From Octopus vulgaris (taxonomy: Eukaryota), in the NCBI GenBank assembly GCA_951406725.2, contig OX597825.1, forward strand, positions 22,754,001 to 22,818,000: 64,000 nucleotides of DNA, given 5' to 3'. The notes under the pieces were generated by a model. That model saw only the letters and a program-made list of their open reading frames with translations, was not told the origin of the DNA and searched no databases. Numbering within the stretch: the first letter of the stretch is position 1; every line of letters begins with the position of its first letter. Shown here piece after piece: positions 1-14,154 of this stretch. The translations under genes were made by a program, and so were the position numbers.

Positions 1-270
1 TGTAGTTCTCAAGTTTTAGGGAATCGTAGTGGAGAAGATATGTTATTGCTGTGGGCTCGCCCTAGGCAAAAAGTTAGTAGTGGAGAAGATATGATATTGC
101 TATGGACTCGCTATAGGCAGGAAGTTGAACATTTTTTTGCCGATGACACTCCCCGGACCCTAAGTAAGGCATATGTAATATTTGAATGAAATTGGTTGTG
201 TAGTTCTCAAGTGTTAGGGAAACACACAGACAGACAGACACACATTCTCAGTTTTATAAATATAAAGATT
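1..270 (+). mobile_element. 3' part of a non-autonomous Helitron/Helentron-type (Lep1/DINE-1/HINE-like) element with internal tandem repeats
   Basis: TGTAGTTCTCAAGT(T/G)TTAGGGAA recurs at 1 and 199. Two ~50-bp GTAGTGGAGAAGATATG... units lie at 27 and 80. The element ends in (ACAG)n-ACACACATTCTCAGTTTTATAAATATAAAGAT, resembling Lep1-type 3' ends. Confidence 0.45.
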
Positions 271-438
271 CGTCCCTCATATAAATAGTGAATTAAATAC
301 AACTTGAACTATATGATTCGGCTGCAGGATCCGGCACACTGATTCCATTGAAGGTCATTTAGTTACAAACGAGGTCATTGTTTCGCTGCGCAACAATATA
401 TTTATGAATCAATTCCAACTGAATTCCTTCTATATTAT

Positions 439-921
439 TGCATAAGATCTGGTCATCAAATCTAAGTAGAGACTTCAAACTTGAAATCTTCAAAGCCACA
501 GTCGAACCAATTCCACTATATGGCTCAGAAACCTGGACGTTATCAAAGAAGCTTGAGAGGCGGTTGGATGGAACCTACACTCGCCTCCTTATGAGATCTC
601 AAAACCTCTCGTGGAAGCGCCATTCAACCAAAATGCAAATCTATGGGAAACTACCACCTGTGTCATCTCTTGTGAAAGTTAGGAGAGTCCAGTTTGTTGG
701 ACATTGTTGTAGAGCTGAAAAAGAAGTAATTTCTACTCTTCTCCTCTGGAAGCCATCTACTCGCAATACAAGAGGGCGCACACTCTCCTACCCTGATGTT
801 AGCTCCAGGGATACAGGCATCCAGCAACAGGACCTCCGTAATGCCATGATGGACCGTGAAGTCTGACGTAGCATGGTAAATTCCATTGTCTCGACTACGG
901 TCGAACAATGATGATGATGAT
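439..921 (+). mobile_element. 5'-truncated RTE-clade LINE, 3' end (C-terminal ORF remnant plus (ATG)n tail), copy 1
   Basis: ORF 438-866 reads HKIWSS...LYGSETWTL...RLDGTYTRLL...FVGHC...DREV, the typical post-RT region of RTE elements. It ends in a (ATG)n tail and has a near-identical copy at 15864. Confidence 0.85.
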
Positions 922-1172
922 TGCTATCCGTCTAGGGGAAGCTGAGAAGTTTATTTTGACGCTTCGCTCGCACGATAATTCATTTGGTGGATAGCTGAAT
1001 TATTTCCTCATTAGGTTGTAGTACAAGGAATTATTACAAGGAATAAATCCTGGGGTCGATTTCTTTGACTAAAGACTGTGCTCCAGTATGTCCTTACTCA
1101 CATGACCGAAACAAGTGAAATAATTTTTAAAAATCATGCCATTTTAATCCTGAATACCGGTTATCTCTGCTA

Positions 1173-1174
<2 letters not shown>

Positions 1175-1212
<38 letters not shown>

Positions 1213-1377
1213 CTTATATATATATATATTTATATATCCAATTTTATATATATATATATATTATATTAAATTAGAGATAAAACCACTATTAAGCAAATCA
1301 AACAATGAAAAACATAAGCCAATACATATTAATTAATGCATATTTTTTAAAATTATATCACTTTAAAAGTTTAATAA

Positions 1378-1444
<67 letters not shown>

Positions 1445-1545
1445 TTATATATTTATATATATTTCATTAAAATACATATTCATTTATATATATAAATACA
1501 TTTTTATATATATATATATATATATACATAAATACATATATATAT

Positions 1546-1597
<52 letters not shown>

Positions 1598-1600
1598 GTA
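1175..1600. repeat. (TA)n microsatellite complex containing a ~120-bp insert (1263-1380) resembling a Penelope-like terminal fragment
   Basis: TA tracts flank AAATTAGAGATAAAACCACTATT..., which is similar to the TA-adjacent end at 30493. Confidence 0.6.
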
Positions 1601-2590
1601 CACATGCTCACATATACAAACTTTTTGGTAAATTAAATACCAGTTGCGTACTGGGGTCGATCTGATCGACAGGTTCCCTCCCCCAAAATTTTGGGCCTTG
1701 TGCCTTGAGTAGAAAAAATATGTGTAGATTTATCTACTTAGAATTTTGATGTTCCTCCAAAAGGTATAGACACATTTATATATACATTATGTGTGTGTTT
1801 TTGTGTGTGTGTCTGAGTGTGTGTCTGTGCGTGTGTGTGTGTAGGTGTATACGTGTCTATGTTCCTGTATATGCTTGTTTATTTCGCTACCCTTGCTAAT
1901 GACCGATTCAAAAGTAAATTTAATGGCCATGTCTACTAATGAAAGGACGCATAAATTCCTACGACTTTTCTCCATTAGTGACTTTCGTTAGGAGAGCAAC
2001 ATTCAGAAAAAAAACACATATAAAAGATTTCCCCGCATCTGTTTATAAATCTATATCGTTATTTGAGTGTATGCGTACGTCACCGTACATTTAGAATTGT
2101 AGATGTTTGAGCAGGTGGCATTGATATCGTTTGTATATATACTTTACCATTGTCTGGCATAGCATCACTCCTAGGGAGAAAATAATTAGAGATTATTTCC
2201 GATCGTAAAAGCTTCGGCATACAAATTATGTATGTACGTGTGTGGCCTAGTCTATTTTTCATGCGGAGGCCTTCGTACGATATTGGTATGCATAACAGCT
2301 TGGGTTTTCGTCGTAGGGCGAAAATTTCGAAAGATAAGATTTTTGGATACAGTTAGATTTAACTATATCAAAAGTTTCTGACAGTTCAATTGATTTCCCC
2401 CGGCTTTGGTATTATTGCTTGAAAGAGTAGGTGAAACCGAGTATACCTATGCCCATTCGGTTCAATATATGGATATATATACATACACACTCGCAAACAT
2501 ACACACTTATACATACATATGCATGTATATATGGATATATATATATATATACATAGATACATAGATACATAGTACATGTGTATTTGTGTG

Positions 2591-2622
<32 letters not shown>

Positions 2623-2929
2623 TGTATGTATGTATGTATGTATGTATGTATGTATGTATGTATGTATGTATGTATGCATGCATATGTATGTATGTATCTA
2701 TGTATATACACACATTCTATATAATTCTGCTTTGTAATAGCAGGACCATTTGTAATTTGTTTTAACTTTGGAATCAAGGTTCCTTTGATAGGTAGATAGA
2801 TACATACATACATACATAGATATAGATACAAATATACATGCCTAGCTATGCATATATAAGCAGTCATCTCTCTCTATATATATATATCTATCTATCTATC
2901 TACCAATCTATCTATCGATATACATATAT

Positions 2930-3130
2930 ACTCTCTTTTACTCCCTTACTTGTTTCAGTTATTTGACTACGGCCATCCTGGAGCACCGCCTTTTAGTCGA
3001 ACACATCGAACCCAGGACTTATTCTATCAGTATCTTTGTCGAAATGCAAAGTGACGCAAACACACCAACATAGGTTGTCAAACGATGGTGGGAGGACAAA
3101 TACAAAAACGCAAACACACACACATATATA
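2930..3130 (-). mobile_element. SINE family A, 3' half
   Basis: TTACTTGTTTCAGT...GGAGCACCGCCTTTTAGTCGA...CCCAGGACTTATTC is shared with the copies at 32790, 35410, 54190 and 59085. Confidence 0.8.
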
Positions 3131-3131
3131 C

Positions 3132-3312
<181 letters not shown>

Positions 3313-3351
3313 TAAATAAATAAATGGAGTTGAACGAAGATGTTAACAAAA

Positions 3352-3449
3352 TTCCTTTACTCTCGACATATGTTTCGAAGACAACATGGTTTTATTCCAA
3401 AGGAATAAACGGTGTAAGATGCAATCTTCTCATCAGGAAAGCAAGAGAG
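3352..3449 (-). ncRNA. Type I hammerhead ribozyme, mirror copy on the minus strand
   Basis: The reverse complement reads ...CTTTC-CTGATGA-GAAGATTGCAT...ATGTTGTCTTC-GAAA-CATATG-TC-GAGAGTAAAGG, with an intact core. Confidence 0.75.
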
Positions 3450-3516
3450 CCTCTTTCAACAACAAGACAAAATAATAGTCATCGTAATTATTATTTTGTA
3501 TTGTTGTTGAGAGAGG

Positions 3517-3614
3517 CTCTCTTGCTTTCCTGATGAGAAAATTGCGTGTTACACCGTTTATTCCTTTGGAATAAAACCATGTAGTCTTCGAAACATATGT
3601 CGAGAGTAAAGGAG
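3517..3614 (+). ncRNA. Type I hammerhead ribozyme (predicted GUC cleavage after 3601)
   Basis: Stem I CTCTCTTGCTTTC/GAGAGTAAAGGAG; CTGATGA at 3530-3536; long stem II GAAAATTGC...GTAGTCTTC; GAAA at 3590-3593; palindromic stem III ACATATGT followed by C. Confidence 0.75.
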
Positions 3615-3808
3615 TTTTGTTAACATCGTTCAACTCCATTTATTTATTAATTCATATATAACACACAAATTTCTGCACATGAACCCGGAGTTTCTACCCT
3701 TGGATAGGTCGCTTCAACCGTGTTTCTGTCGTGAATTTGCTACCCTGGTATCGGTTCACCGAATTTTCCATGTTGACGGTAAACATAGGATAATTCATAC
3801 ACCTATTG

Positions 3809-3854
<46 letters not shown>

Positions 3855-4586
3855 GACGGTCTTCAGTTTGCGTCAGTTTTGGTCACTCCGAGGCTATATA
3901 CACATACGCACAAAACAGCCACTCGTATTTATATGCGTGTGTATGTAATTACGTGCGTATGTGCATTGTTGTAAATGTTTAACCCAACAGTTTCATTAGC
4001 TTCACATCGTTTGTGATAGCATATTAATTTACAAATTATATTTGTGGCATCATGTTTATGTAGCAGCTTTCTGTCTCATGATATCTTTTTTTTGTTGATG
4101 AGAAGACATTTAATTCCTGTGAGATATTATATTAATTGTAGTTTATGATTCAGTTTATTGCTGTGTTCTGTTTGATGAGGTGTTTTATACTGTTTTCAAT
4201 TATTTTATATAACCAGGGCGTATATGTTTCAAATAATACTTGTGCATGCGATATTTTATTGCTACTGTGTTTCGTATCTGTTGAACTTAATATAACGTTA
4301 AATGCTGTTCGGCATTATTCTATAGCCCGATCTACTAAATATATATATATTAATAGCGTTTGATTTCTTATTTGTGATATATAGTACATATTTCATTGGT
4401 AGTACGTAAAAGCTGTTTACAGTACTAATTTTATTACAAACACTAACATAATCTCCATCGGCATTCCATTCTTAAATTCGTGCTGATGTAGGCTAACATC
4501 AGAATAATGACTGTCGACAAAAATGAAATTTCGTTTTCCGCTGTTTCCGCGATTCCCATGACTCTCTGTCGCCATTCGATTCCATT

Positions 4587-4893
4587 GTTTTTGTTGTTTG
4601 TTCCTTCTCGAGCCACGTCTGGCTCATTAGGACCGGTTTCCTGGTTTTCTTGGAGTATAGGTTCCCCACCTGAACAAGACGCCGGTCCGTCGCAGGTGAG
4701 CTGCAAGATGCAGGAGGAAAGAGTGAGAGAAATTTGTGGTGAAAGAGTCAGAAGTTCGCCATAACCTTCTGCCGGAGCCGCGTGGAGCTTAGGTGTTTCG
4801 CTCAGAAACACATACATCACCCGGTCTGAGATTCGAACCTGCGATCCCTCAACCGCGTGTCCGTTGCTCTAACCACTAAGCCATGTACCTCCA
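4587..4893 (-). mobile_element. SINE family C (tRNA-like head) with alternative tail type 3
   Basis: The head (minus strand TGGAGGTACATGGCTTAGTGGTTAGAGC...GGTTCGAATCTC) is homologous to 32006. Possible 9-bp TSD GATTCCATT on both sides. Confidence 0.7.
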
Positions 4894-5246
4894 TATTGGA
4901 TTCCATTAGGATTTGGAGTTTGAGTCATAATGAACCTGGCATTAGCTGATTGCACAACCATGGATGCCATCTCTACGGATACGTTGCAGTTACTCTCTTG
5001 GTAGAGTATGGTGATCCTGACCGGTTATCTTCTAGTATTCCTCCACTCAACATCAATGCAAGAAGCACCATTGTCTCAAATGTGATCGTCTGCTACCTCT
5101 TCACAATCCACCATGCTGCACTGCCGTGATTTCACCGTGTTCCTAGACGGGCGATTGAAAGGATGCTATGCCTTGCAAAAGGGCAGCTCGTATGTTTGCA
5201 GATACTCTCTCGATCTCGGAAAGCATCACTACTCCATACACCCATG

Positions 5247-5293
<47 letters not shown>

Positions 5294-5319
5294 TGTGTGT
5301 GTGTGTGTGTGTATTTATG

Positions 5320-5490
5320 TTTCTTTACTGCCCACAAGGGGCTAAACATAGAGGGGGAAAACAAGGACAGACAAGGGGATTAAGTCGATCACATCCACCC
5401 CGGTGCGAAACTCGTACTTTATTTATCGACCCCGAAAGAATGAAAGGCAAATTCGACCTCGGCGTGCTAACGTTTCTGTCAGCTCGCCGC
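5320..5490 (-). mobile_element. SINE family B, internally deleted copy
   Basis: Reverse complement of GGCGAGCTGACAGAAACGTTAGCACGCCG...TTTCATTCTTTCGGGGTCGATAAAT...AGCCCCTTGTGGG. Confidence 0.75.
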
Positions 5491-6329
5491 CATATGTATG
5501 TGTATACATATACTACTTGTGTACAACAGGATAGGACTTTGTTCGGACAAGTAGTTACTAACTTTCTAAAGATGTCTGTTGGTTTAGTGACGACTAAATT
5601 GCGTCTTATGTCTTTGCGTTTCTCTTTTTTTATCTCAATTATTTCAGCAACGGCGACTTCAGTTAAGAAGAGTCTCAGCCTTACAAAGAATGAGATGCGG
5701 GTTCGCATCACACCCTAATACACGCTTATAATGATAGAAATTCTCATTCGTAATTACAATATCTACAATTTTTGCGTAAGGTAACTAATTAGAGTTATGT
5801 TATATTGGTTACAAAAATTAGTGCCAAAGACACTCCAATATTAAATTTTCAATATTGATGCGTAAAAAAAAAATTATAAACTCGTCCCACCTAACTGAAG
5901 CTACAGAATAAAGTCAACCAAGAGCCAGATGGTAGTTTTAATTGAATGACAGACGGACTTGTATATTCACCCCCAAATACAAGTCGTTTTATCCACAGTT
6001 TCTGCCAGCCAGATTTCACTCATTAATTTTTTTTTTTTTGGAGCAAAATCTATTTTAGAAGATAATCGACCATCGTACTGCGCACAGCGGTCGATAATTG
6101 AAGTTACGTCGTTACAAAGTGAATTTCAAAAATGACACAGTCTTGCATGTACTTGTAGCACCGGTTTACTGCGAATAGGCCAGCTATATATCTGTGAGTA
6201 GGATCACCGAATAGAACACATATACAGCACATCAGTAATAAGCACTTTTACACATAGAATTTGTGCGCGCATACACACACACACATACGCATATACACAC
6301 TGAAACACGCACACATACATATATATGTG

Positions 6330-6676
<347 letters not shown>

Positions 6677-6787
6677 GAACGAGCACCTGAACACTCCTGT
6701 ATATAAATTAAGTATGATACACACAGACAGTTCTTTTAAGCTAATACAGCTTCTTTTGAATATAACTGATAGATGCATACGTGTGTG

Positions 6788-6818
<31 letters not shown>

Positions 6819-7360
6819 TTATGTGTCTGTGTGTGTAAATTATATACCATCATACATACTTAATTAAGTCATTATAAATACTTCTAGTAGACCATATGTA
6901 TTATCTGTGGCTCAGCAGGCAAACTCCTGTTGCTCTGAAAGTATACGTAAGTTCCTTCTTCTCCGCGTTCAAAGGAAAACCCATTAGTTTAAAGTGTTTA
7001 CGTTACTTCCAGTAGAGCACTTTGTATAAAATGGTATCATTGATATCCATGTAAGTGATTTTTTTTTCTTACGTTAAGCAATGAGTCTTTATACTGATAA
7101 ACAATTTCAATGCATTCACTGATTACGTACAAAATATGAACGCAATCCTAAATACAACCCTTTAAATCTCTGCAAATCTGACACACAGATTTAGGCTAGA
7201 CATCCATCTAATTGCAAGTGAATTTATTTAGTTTTTTTACTATAAGCAAATATTTTTTGGAGAGACGTTTAGCACTCCCCTTGACGAGGACGGCATAGAT
7301 CAATCGATCTTTCTAATACATCTGAGCATTGCTCTCTACTTTAGAGCAACCTATTTCTTA

Positions 7361-7550
7361 TGGTGTAGGAGTGGCTGTGTGGTACGTAGCTTGCTTACCA
7401 ACTGCATGGTTCCAGGTTCAGTTCAACTGCTTGGCACCTTGGGCAAGTGTCTTCTATTATAGCCTTGGGTCGACCAAAGCCTGGTGAGTGGATTTCGTAG
7501 ACGGAAACTGAACGAAGCCCGTCGTATATATGTATATATATAAATATGTG
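7361..7550 (+). mobile_element. SINE family A, 5' half (tRNA-like head)
   Basis: GGAGTGGCTGTGTGG (A box) ... GGTTCAGTTC (B box) ... CACCTTGGGCAAGTGTCTTCTA. Confidence 0.8.
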
Positions 7551-8306
7551 TGTGGGGGGCGCTCTGTTATGTCCTCTGATTGTACTTAGTTCAATTCCTG
7601 CTGAGATCAACTTTGACTTTTATACAACTCGAGTCGATAAAAATATATTACCCGGCAAGTACTGGGGTATATAGCCGACAGACCCCTTTCATCTCATAAT
7701 TTAAAGCTTTGTATTTAATTTGAAGCGACTAATTATTTTGCTATCCACAAGGCGGTGAACTGGCAGAATCGTTAGAGTATCGAATAACCGTATGGCAGCA
7801 TTTGTTCCAGATATTTACGATCTGAGTATAATTGTAAATCCTGACAAGGACAATTTTTGTCTTCCATATTTTAGGTATCAATAAAATAAAGTACCCTCAA
7901 AACTGCTGACCTTGTGCCCAAATCCGAAATCATTGATATTATCATTGCTATGATGCAGGTTTGGCAGAATCCTTAGAATGTCAAACAACATGTCTTCATG
8001 CATTTCTTTCTGGCCTTTATGAATGTAGGCCCAAATCCCACCAAGCTCAATTTTACCTTTCGGCCATCTGTGATTCAGGAAATAAATACAAGTCAAATTT
8101 CACTCTAATTAGGTCACGCTGAAAAGAATTAAGCCCTAAGGCAAGTTTTAGTGTTTAATTCATTGAAAAACAATTAATCTCAACATTATTATTGTTGTTT
8201 CTTCTGCAACAGTAAAGTAGATTTAGTTACAAAACATTTCTTTTAAAATTTACATGTATATGAATACTATATTACGCAGAATATCGGTAATTCTGAAACA
8301 TGCCGA

Positions 8307-8346
<40 letters not shown>

Positions 8347-9569
8347 ATACCAGAGGATATATAATACCAATACCTTTTCTTCTTTCATTTCCCTTTTCTT
8401 TGGGTTTCGTTTAAATATTATTACTTGTTTTATAATCGCAAATTTTATTCATGATTTGACCTTTGTAGTTACCAAAGTCTAGAAGAAAACAGGAAACGTT
8501 TGGCTAGAATTTCATGTTTTAAAACACAAATTCCTATAAATAATAGAACTATTTGTATGTCCTCACATGACATTCTTGTTATTTCACTCTCAATGGCATT
8601 TATCTTCAGAGACTTTTTTAAAGCTCATTTACTACAATATTGCTTCCATTCTGGTACATGACAACAGTTAATGTAACCACCTGGATTTCTTATTTCAACA
8701 ATAATAACTCGATTGAGTAATTCTTATTTCTAATGTTTGTATGTACTTAGACATCACAGGAAGTATATCATTTTATTTACTGCAATTGTTTTGTGGCAGG
8801 CTTATGGCATTGTGTTATGTAATTTCAGCCTTAGTTTCTTACATAAGTACCTGGCCAGTGTATAACCGAGCCTATATGCAGTATTCTATATTCTGCTTTA
8901 CAACGCACCTCTGATAATGTCTAATTGCGAGACACTGGTTTCTTCTGTCGTGTGTGTACCTTGGATCAAGGTTTTCTCTGTTGTTTGTTAAAGCCTACAT
9001 TAGTTTTCCTTTTAAAATATTGTCCTTGAATAGATTTCAGATTATCTGTTGTAATTACGTAATTACGTTCTCTGATTGATTGCTGATTTTCACTCGATCT
9101 GCCTGAGCCAAATCATTCTCAAATCATTACCTTATTTTAAAAGGAACGAAACAGTTGCTTATATAATACAAAAACGGCAATGTTAGAATCGTAAAATAAA
9201 ACAATATTTTCGTCACACATCTACTTTATCAAGATTCAGACGTGTCTATTAAACGAGAGACTAGGTATTTAATGTGTTATGAATGTATTTTGTTTTCAAC
9301 TTTTTCAAGAACATTTCTTACAAAGTTTACTCATTCATCATTCTGCTTCTTAGAATCATTCTTTTAGAAAACAGAGCAGACGACACTGAAATAGAATTTA
9401 AATTTTGGCATAATTTCAAATGAAACGAGTTGGTGTGAAAAGATATTTCTACTTCGAGAAACATATTTTCAGAATACATTCTTCTGTTCTTTCATCATGG
9501 TCAAGTTATTTTTATGGAGGAATCAGAACAAGATATTAAAGGTTAAGAGGCTCTCAGAAGCGTTTTACA

Positions 9570-10008
9570 CAGTGTTGTCTTATTCTTCCAATCAGGACTC
9601 ACGCCATTAGCCACAAAGAATAATCTCTAATTCGAGCCTACTCTAAGCTACTAAGAATGTGTGAGGCAACTTGAAGATCCACCCACCACACGCGATAGAC
9701 TGGCGGTTGCACGGGCGTGAAAGCTACGTTGTTATGCTCATTCCGTAAACGGTGGCTTTTAACGGCTGGAGAGCTGAACCATCCTGGGGTACTGAAGATT
9801 CGCAATCTAGACTAGGGTTTGAAAGTTTACCACACCATAATGGGTTACACCATGGTTCATCTGTTTTGTGGCAGAAGTAGGAAGAAAGAGTGAGAGGAAG
9901 TTGTGGTGAAAGAGTACCGCGGGGTTCAAAACCCACCCATCACTCACTGGAGCCTCGTTCTTACGACTGCGCGTCCTTTGCCCGAAATATGCGCCATTGC
10001 GCCTCCAC
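9570..10008 (-). mobile_element. Diverged SINE family C copy with another tail variant
   Basis: Contains GGAAGAAAGAGTGAGAGGAAGTTGTGGTGAAAGAGTAC and ends in GCCATTGCGCCTCCA, like the other family C copies. Confidence 0.55.
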
Positions 10009-10092
10009 CAAAGTTGTGGTTTATGCCGCGGTCACTGCTCTAAAAGTAAAGGACTAGGAATACATTACATCATCCAACACTTCCTAACAATT

Positions 10093-10219
10093 TATGAAGG
10101 GTGTATGAAAAGTTTTCAGTCTTCAAGTCCTTTCAGCCTTGAAGCCTTGAATGTACAAGTCTTGTACAATGTTTTTTTTTTTTTGTTTGAAACTCAAGAC
10201 TTTTCATACACCCCACGTA
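10093..10219. mobile_element. Tc1/mariner-type MITE
   Basis: TIRs TATGAAGGGTGTATGAAAAGT / ACTTTTCATACACCCCACGTA with TA ends. Confidence 0.65.
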
Positions 10220-10404
10220 TGATGAAAGATGGTAAATTATAATTTGTTAAGGAATCACGTGTTGTTTCTCACAGGTTTTAGCACACCACCCAAAAACGCA
10301 ATTAGCTTTGTTTCATGTAGTTACATTCACTCTAGACAAGTTTATGAAACAGGTACATATTTAAACAGATAACTAGGTGTGCGCACGCGTCATATGTAAT
10401 ATTG

Positions 10405-10621
10405 GTTTCCAGTTTTGGCGCAGGACCAAAAGTTTAGAGAAGGTAGTAGGTCGAATACATCAACCCCGGTGCTCAACTGGTACTTATCTTATTGACTCCG
10501 AAATATAAAAGCCAAAGTCGACCTCGGCAGAATTTGAACTGCGAACGTAAAGTCTGAAGAACTGACATTAAGCATTTTGTCCGATATGCTAACGATTCTG
10601 TCAACCCGCCGCCTTATGTGC
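10405..10621 (-). mobile_element. SINE family B-related copy with 14-bp TSD
   Basis: Core AAAGTCGACCTCGGCAGAATTTGAAC. CATATGTAATATTG is duplicated at 10391-10404 and 10622-10635. Confidence 0.75.
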
Positions 10622-10814
10622 CATATGTAATATTGATTGTGTGATGTGAAGATCTTCATGCAGTACCTGTAGAAGTATATTGTGTACTGGAGTGATGAGC
10701 GTAATTAAAAAGTAATTAGTTCATACTTCTAATGGTCACTAGATTATCTTTCAAGTAAATTATATTTTTGCGTATAAAGTTGTTTTACGTAAGTACAAGG
10801 TCAGAAAGTTTGAG

Positions 10815-11085
10815 GAGGCTTAGGTGTGGCTCTGTGGTAAGAAGCTTGCTTTTCAAACACATGGTTGCGGGTTCAGTCCCACTCCGGGGAACCTTAGGCA
10901 AGTGTCCTCTGCTATACCTACGGATCAACCAAAGCATTGTGAACGGACTTGGTAGGTGGAAACCAAAAGAAGCCCGTCGTATGTGTGTGTGCGTGCGTGT
11001 GTATGTGTTATGTTTCTGTATTTAAGCGGTGCCCCAGTCTGGCCGCAGTCAAATATCTGAAGTAAGCAAAAGATAAAAGATAAAT
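10815..11085 (+). mobile_element. SINE family A, diverged and internally deleted
   Basis: GTGTGGCTCTGTGGTAAGAAGCTTGC...GGGTTCAGTCCCAC...AAGAAGCCCGTCG. Confidence 0.7.
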
Positions 11086-12354
11086 CATGTCAGTTATATT
11101 AACCTTGTTCCCAGACGTCGGTGAATATTAAACTTGCGAAGCTGACTATGACAGAACGAAGACAAAGAAAACACCAACAATACATTCCAGCTATTATAGT
11201 TGTATATTCATGTATAAGCGTATGCATTTATGTATATAGGAATCTATGTATATTTGTGTGTAGTTATGGATATATGTCTATGTTTGGTCTGTCCAATATT
11301 CTACAATATTATTTATATTATTTATTTTACTCATTCAGTAAGATAAATTTCCATCTGGCATTGTCTGAATTTCGAAGCATCTTTAAAGTTTTCCTTGTGG
11401 ATCAATTCCTTCTGTATATTCTTTATAGTTCTTTCAGCATTTTCTTTTAAATTGTAACCATTTGAATGATATATCATGTAAGTTGATAATTTTAAATATT
11501 TTGCTGTCATTTTTTTTTCTTTTTGAGATTCAATCTTTAATGATTTGAGAAAAAAAACAATGTCATTAACTGACAGCGAGCAATTCAGTGGTATCGACAG
11601 CTGAATAAAAAAGAAACTGTGTAATTGTATTTAGAGATTAATCATCGACTTTTCAGTAAACTGCTAAGAATACAAAACTTTAAAAAAATGTTTCAGTAAT
11701 TTTAAAATCAGCCATTTTAACGGTATTGTCTAGGTTTGCGGTTTTACTGAAAAATAGATTCTGAAGGCAGAAAAAGTATTAGTGACAGCATAACATGACA
11801 TGATATTAGTACTGTAACGTTTATCAATATTTTAAAAGAATTTGGTGACGAGATACAAGTAAGTACACACGGTTTTTAAATTAATGAATTCTGGTGAAGA
11901 AGAACGATGATGTTTTAACCTTCTAAAACTAAAGTCGGGAGTTTGTATCGATTGTTAACAGCTAGGTATGACTAAAACAACTACAATAAATTGGTTCTGA
12001 GATACAAATAATTCCAGTATTCCCAATCGTCACACACCGCACGACATTAACGCTGGATAGCAAGTAAACGAAGCCATATACGACCTCCTTTGATACTCTT
12101 GAAGGCATGGCAATACATATCCAAAGCACAGTTTTCTATGAAGGGTGGACTATGTTGTTCGTACACACATAATATATATCCCTTTGCGATTGTTATGCCA
12201 TGGTCAGCTTTAACTCAAATTCATGGTGCATGACCTCTCATTGATATAACCACCTCCAGAGATCTCTCACCAGAATTTCAAGCATTGCGCAATTGTAAAA
12301 ACATCCACCTCTTCCTCCTCCGCTTCCCCTCTTCCCCTCCTCCTTCTTCTGTTT

Positions 12355-12355
<1 letters not shown>

Positions 12356-12442
<87 letters not shown>

Positions 12443-12900
12443 GGTGGTGGTAGTGGTGGTGGTGGTGTAGATGGCGATGGTGGTAGTAGTGGTGGTTGAG
12501 GTGGTAGTGGTAGTAGTACTAGTAGCAGTAGTAGTAGTAGTAGTAGCAGCAGTAGTAGTAGTAGTAGTTAGTAGTGGTAGTAGTAGTAACGGTTGCTGAA
12601 CTTGATTTGTGTATGTCATTCCACTGCTCCATCCCTCAGAGGCAACTCTTCCCTCATCAACGCTTTCCACATGAGCTGTTTCATGCATTGCTGCCAACTG
12701 AATATTTCCCAAGAAGTTTGGTATTTGCCGCGTTTCATGCCATAATATTGTCTCTTTTTGAGATGGTCCCACTTGCAACAGCCACAACATGCCTGCACTC
12801 ACACTTTTGAGGCGTTATTGATTCTGTTCATTTCCAGTTCTTCAATTTCCTTTGTGATTCATTCCATGCGCTTCAAAAGTTTCTGTCACCGCGGTTTTAC
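12356..12900 (-). mobile_element. Decayed R4/Dong-like non-LTR retrotransposon 3' end with long (ACT/ACC)n tail
   Basis: The minus-strand peptide IPNFLGNIQLAAMHETAHV resembles the IQKAALLGTAHI C-terminus of R4-clade ORFs. It is followed by the trinucleotide tract 12356-12590. Confidence 0.4.
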
Positions 12901-13068
12901 ACACATGCTTTGAGTGGTTAAAGTAAATATCGCTTAAGCTAGCTACCATGCAGCAGGGTCGAACACCGAGCCTCCTGATAGCAAAAGATCTACATAACTA
13001 GTTAGTTATGCTGACATCCATGCTTGTGACTAATTACACACAAACACTATATATATACATATATATAC

Positions 13069-13106
<38 letters not shown>

Positions 13107-13118
13107 ATACATATATAT

Positions 13119-13165
<47 letters not shown>

Positions 13166-13169
13166 TAGG

Positions 13170-13250
<81 letters not shown>

Positions 13251-14154
13251 GCACACGTATGCATGTGTATAGGTACGATTCATTGCATACATGCGTCAAT
13301 ATGAGTATATTGATGTCCGTACACTCACATGCACACACACACACATATGTGTGTGTGTGCGTATATGTGTGTATATATGTATATATATGTATATATACAT
13401 AGCTTGCGTGTACGCCTACACCATATTGTCATTTCATCCATTTTTTAATTGCTTTTACTTCCATTTATTTCTTATACTTCTTTTTGCTTAATGGTATATA
13501 ACTGAATTGGACACTAAAAGGAACTCTTATCTTTTATTGCCCACAAACAAATTAATAGTCTCATAAATGCGAATTCTCACTTGAAGTTAGTAACTTGCAA
13601 TATTTTACAAAGAAGTTTCACATTTTTTTTTTAAATATCATTATCAGCAAAATATATATCTGATGATAACGAATTCTAAAAATCCGATATCCTCAACGAA
13701 AACAAAAATGATGATGATAAATAAAATAAAAATAACAAAACAAAAATAGTGATAGTTACAAAATAGACTACAGATAATTACCCTATCAAGAAACAATATT
13801 ATCTTGAGCAATACAATTTTTTGAACTCCTGTTATTTGTGCCATTTCCGAGCAGCTTCAGACGTGAATGTTTTCCGTTGTTATCTATTTATTTATTTAAA
13901 TGTTATACTAAAATAGAATAATAAAGAACAATATTGGTGATTTCATTTTTGCTACGTTGATACATAAGCCGGAAATATTTTGACTTTGTTGCTGTCATTC
14001 AGGGCTCTGATTCAACGTTGTTTTTATTCTCCGTATGTGTAAAGAAATATATATATTATGGATGTTCGTCTTTCTTTTCCATGATGTACGCATTTAATAA
14101 TTTTTATCAATGTACAAAGAAAGCTGGTAAGCTGACAGAATCGTTTACACGTCT

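Noticed and set aside
3324-3639. Pair of near-identical 68-69 aa ORFs on opposite strands
   Set aside because: A consequence of the DNA palindrome, with no coding signature.
3668-3810. Hammerhead-like motif on the minus strand (TTGAAGC...GAAACTCCGGGTT)
   Set aside because: Two core mismatches and weak stems; too degenerate to call.
8740-9130. Possible decayed R4-like LINE remnants (also 4900-5230, 16900-17150)
   Set aside because: Only faint peptide resemblance across stops and frameshifts; not supportable without a profile search.
12278-12590. Mucin-like poly-Thr ORF
   Set aside because: (ACT/ACC)n tract; the adjoining sequence looks like a decayed retroelement.
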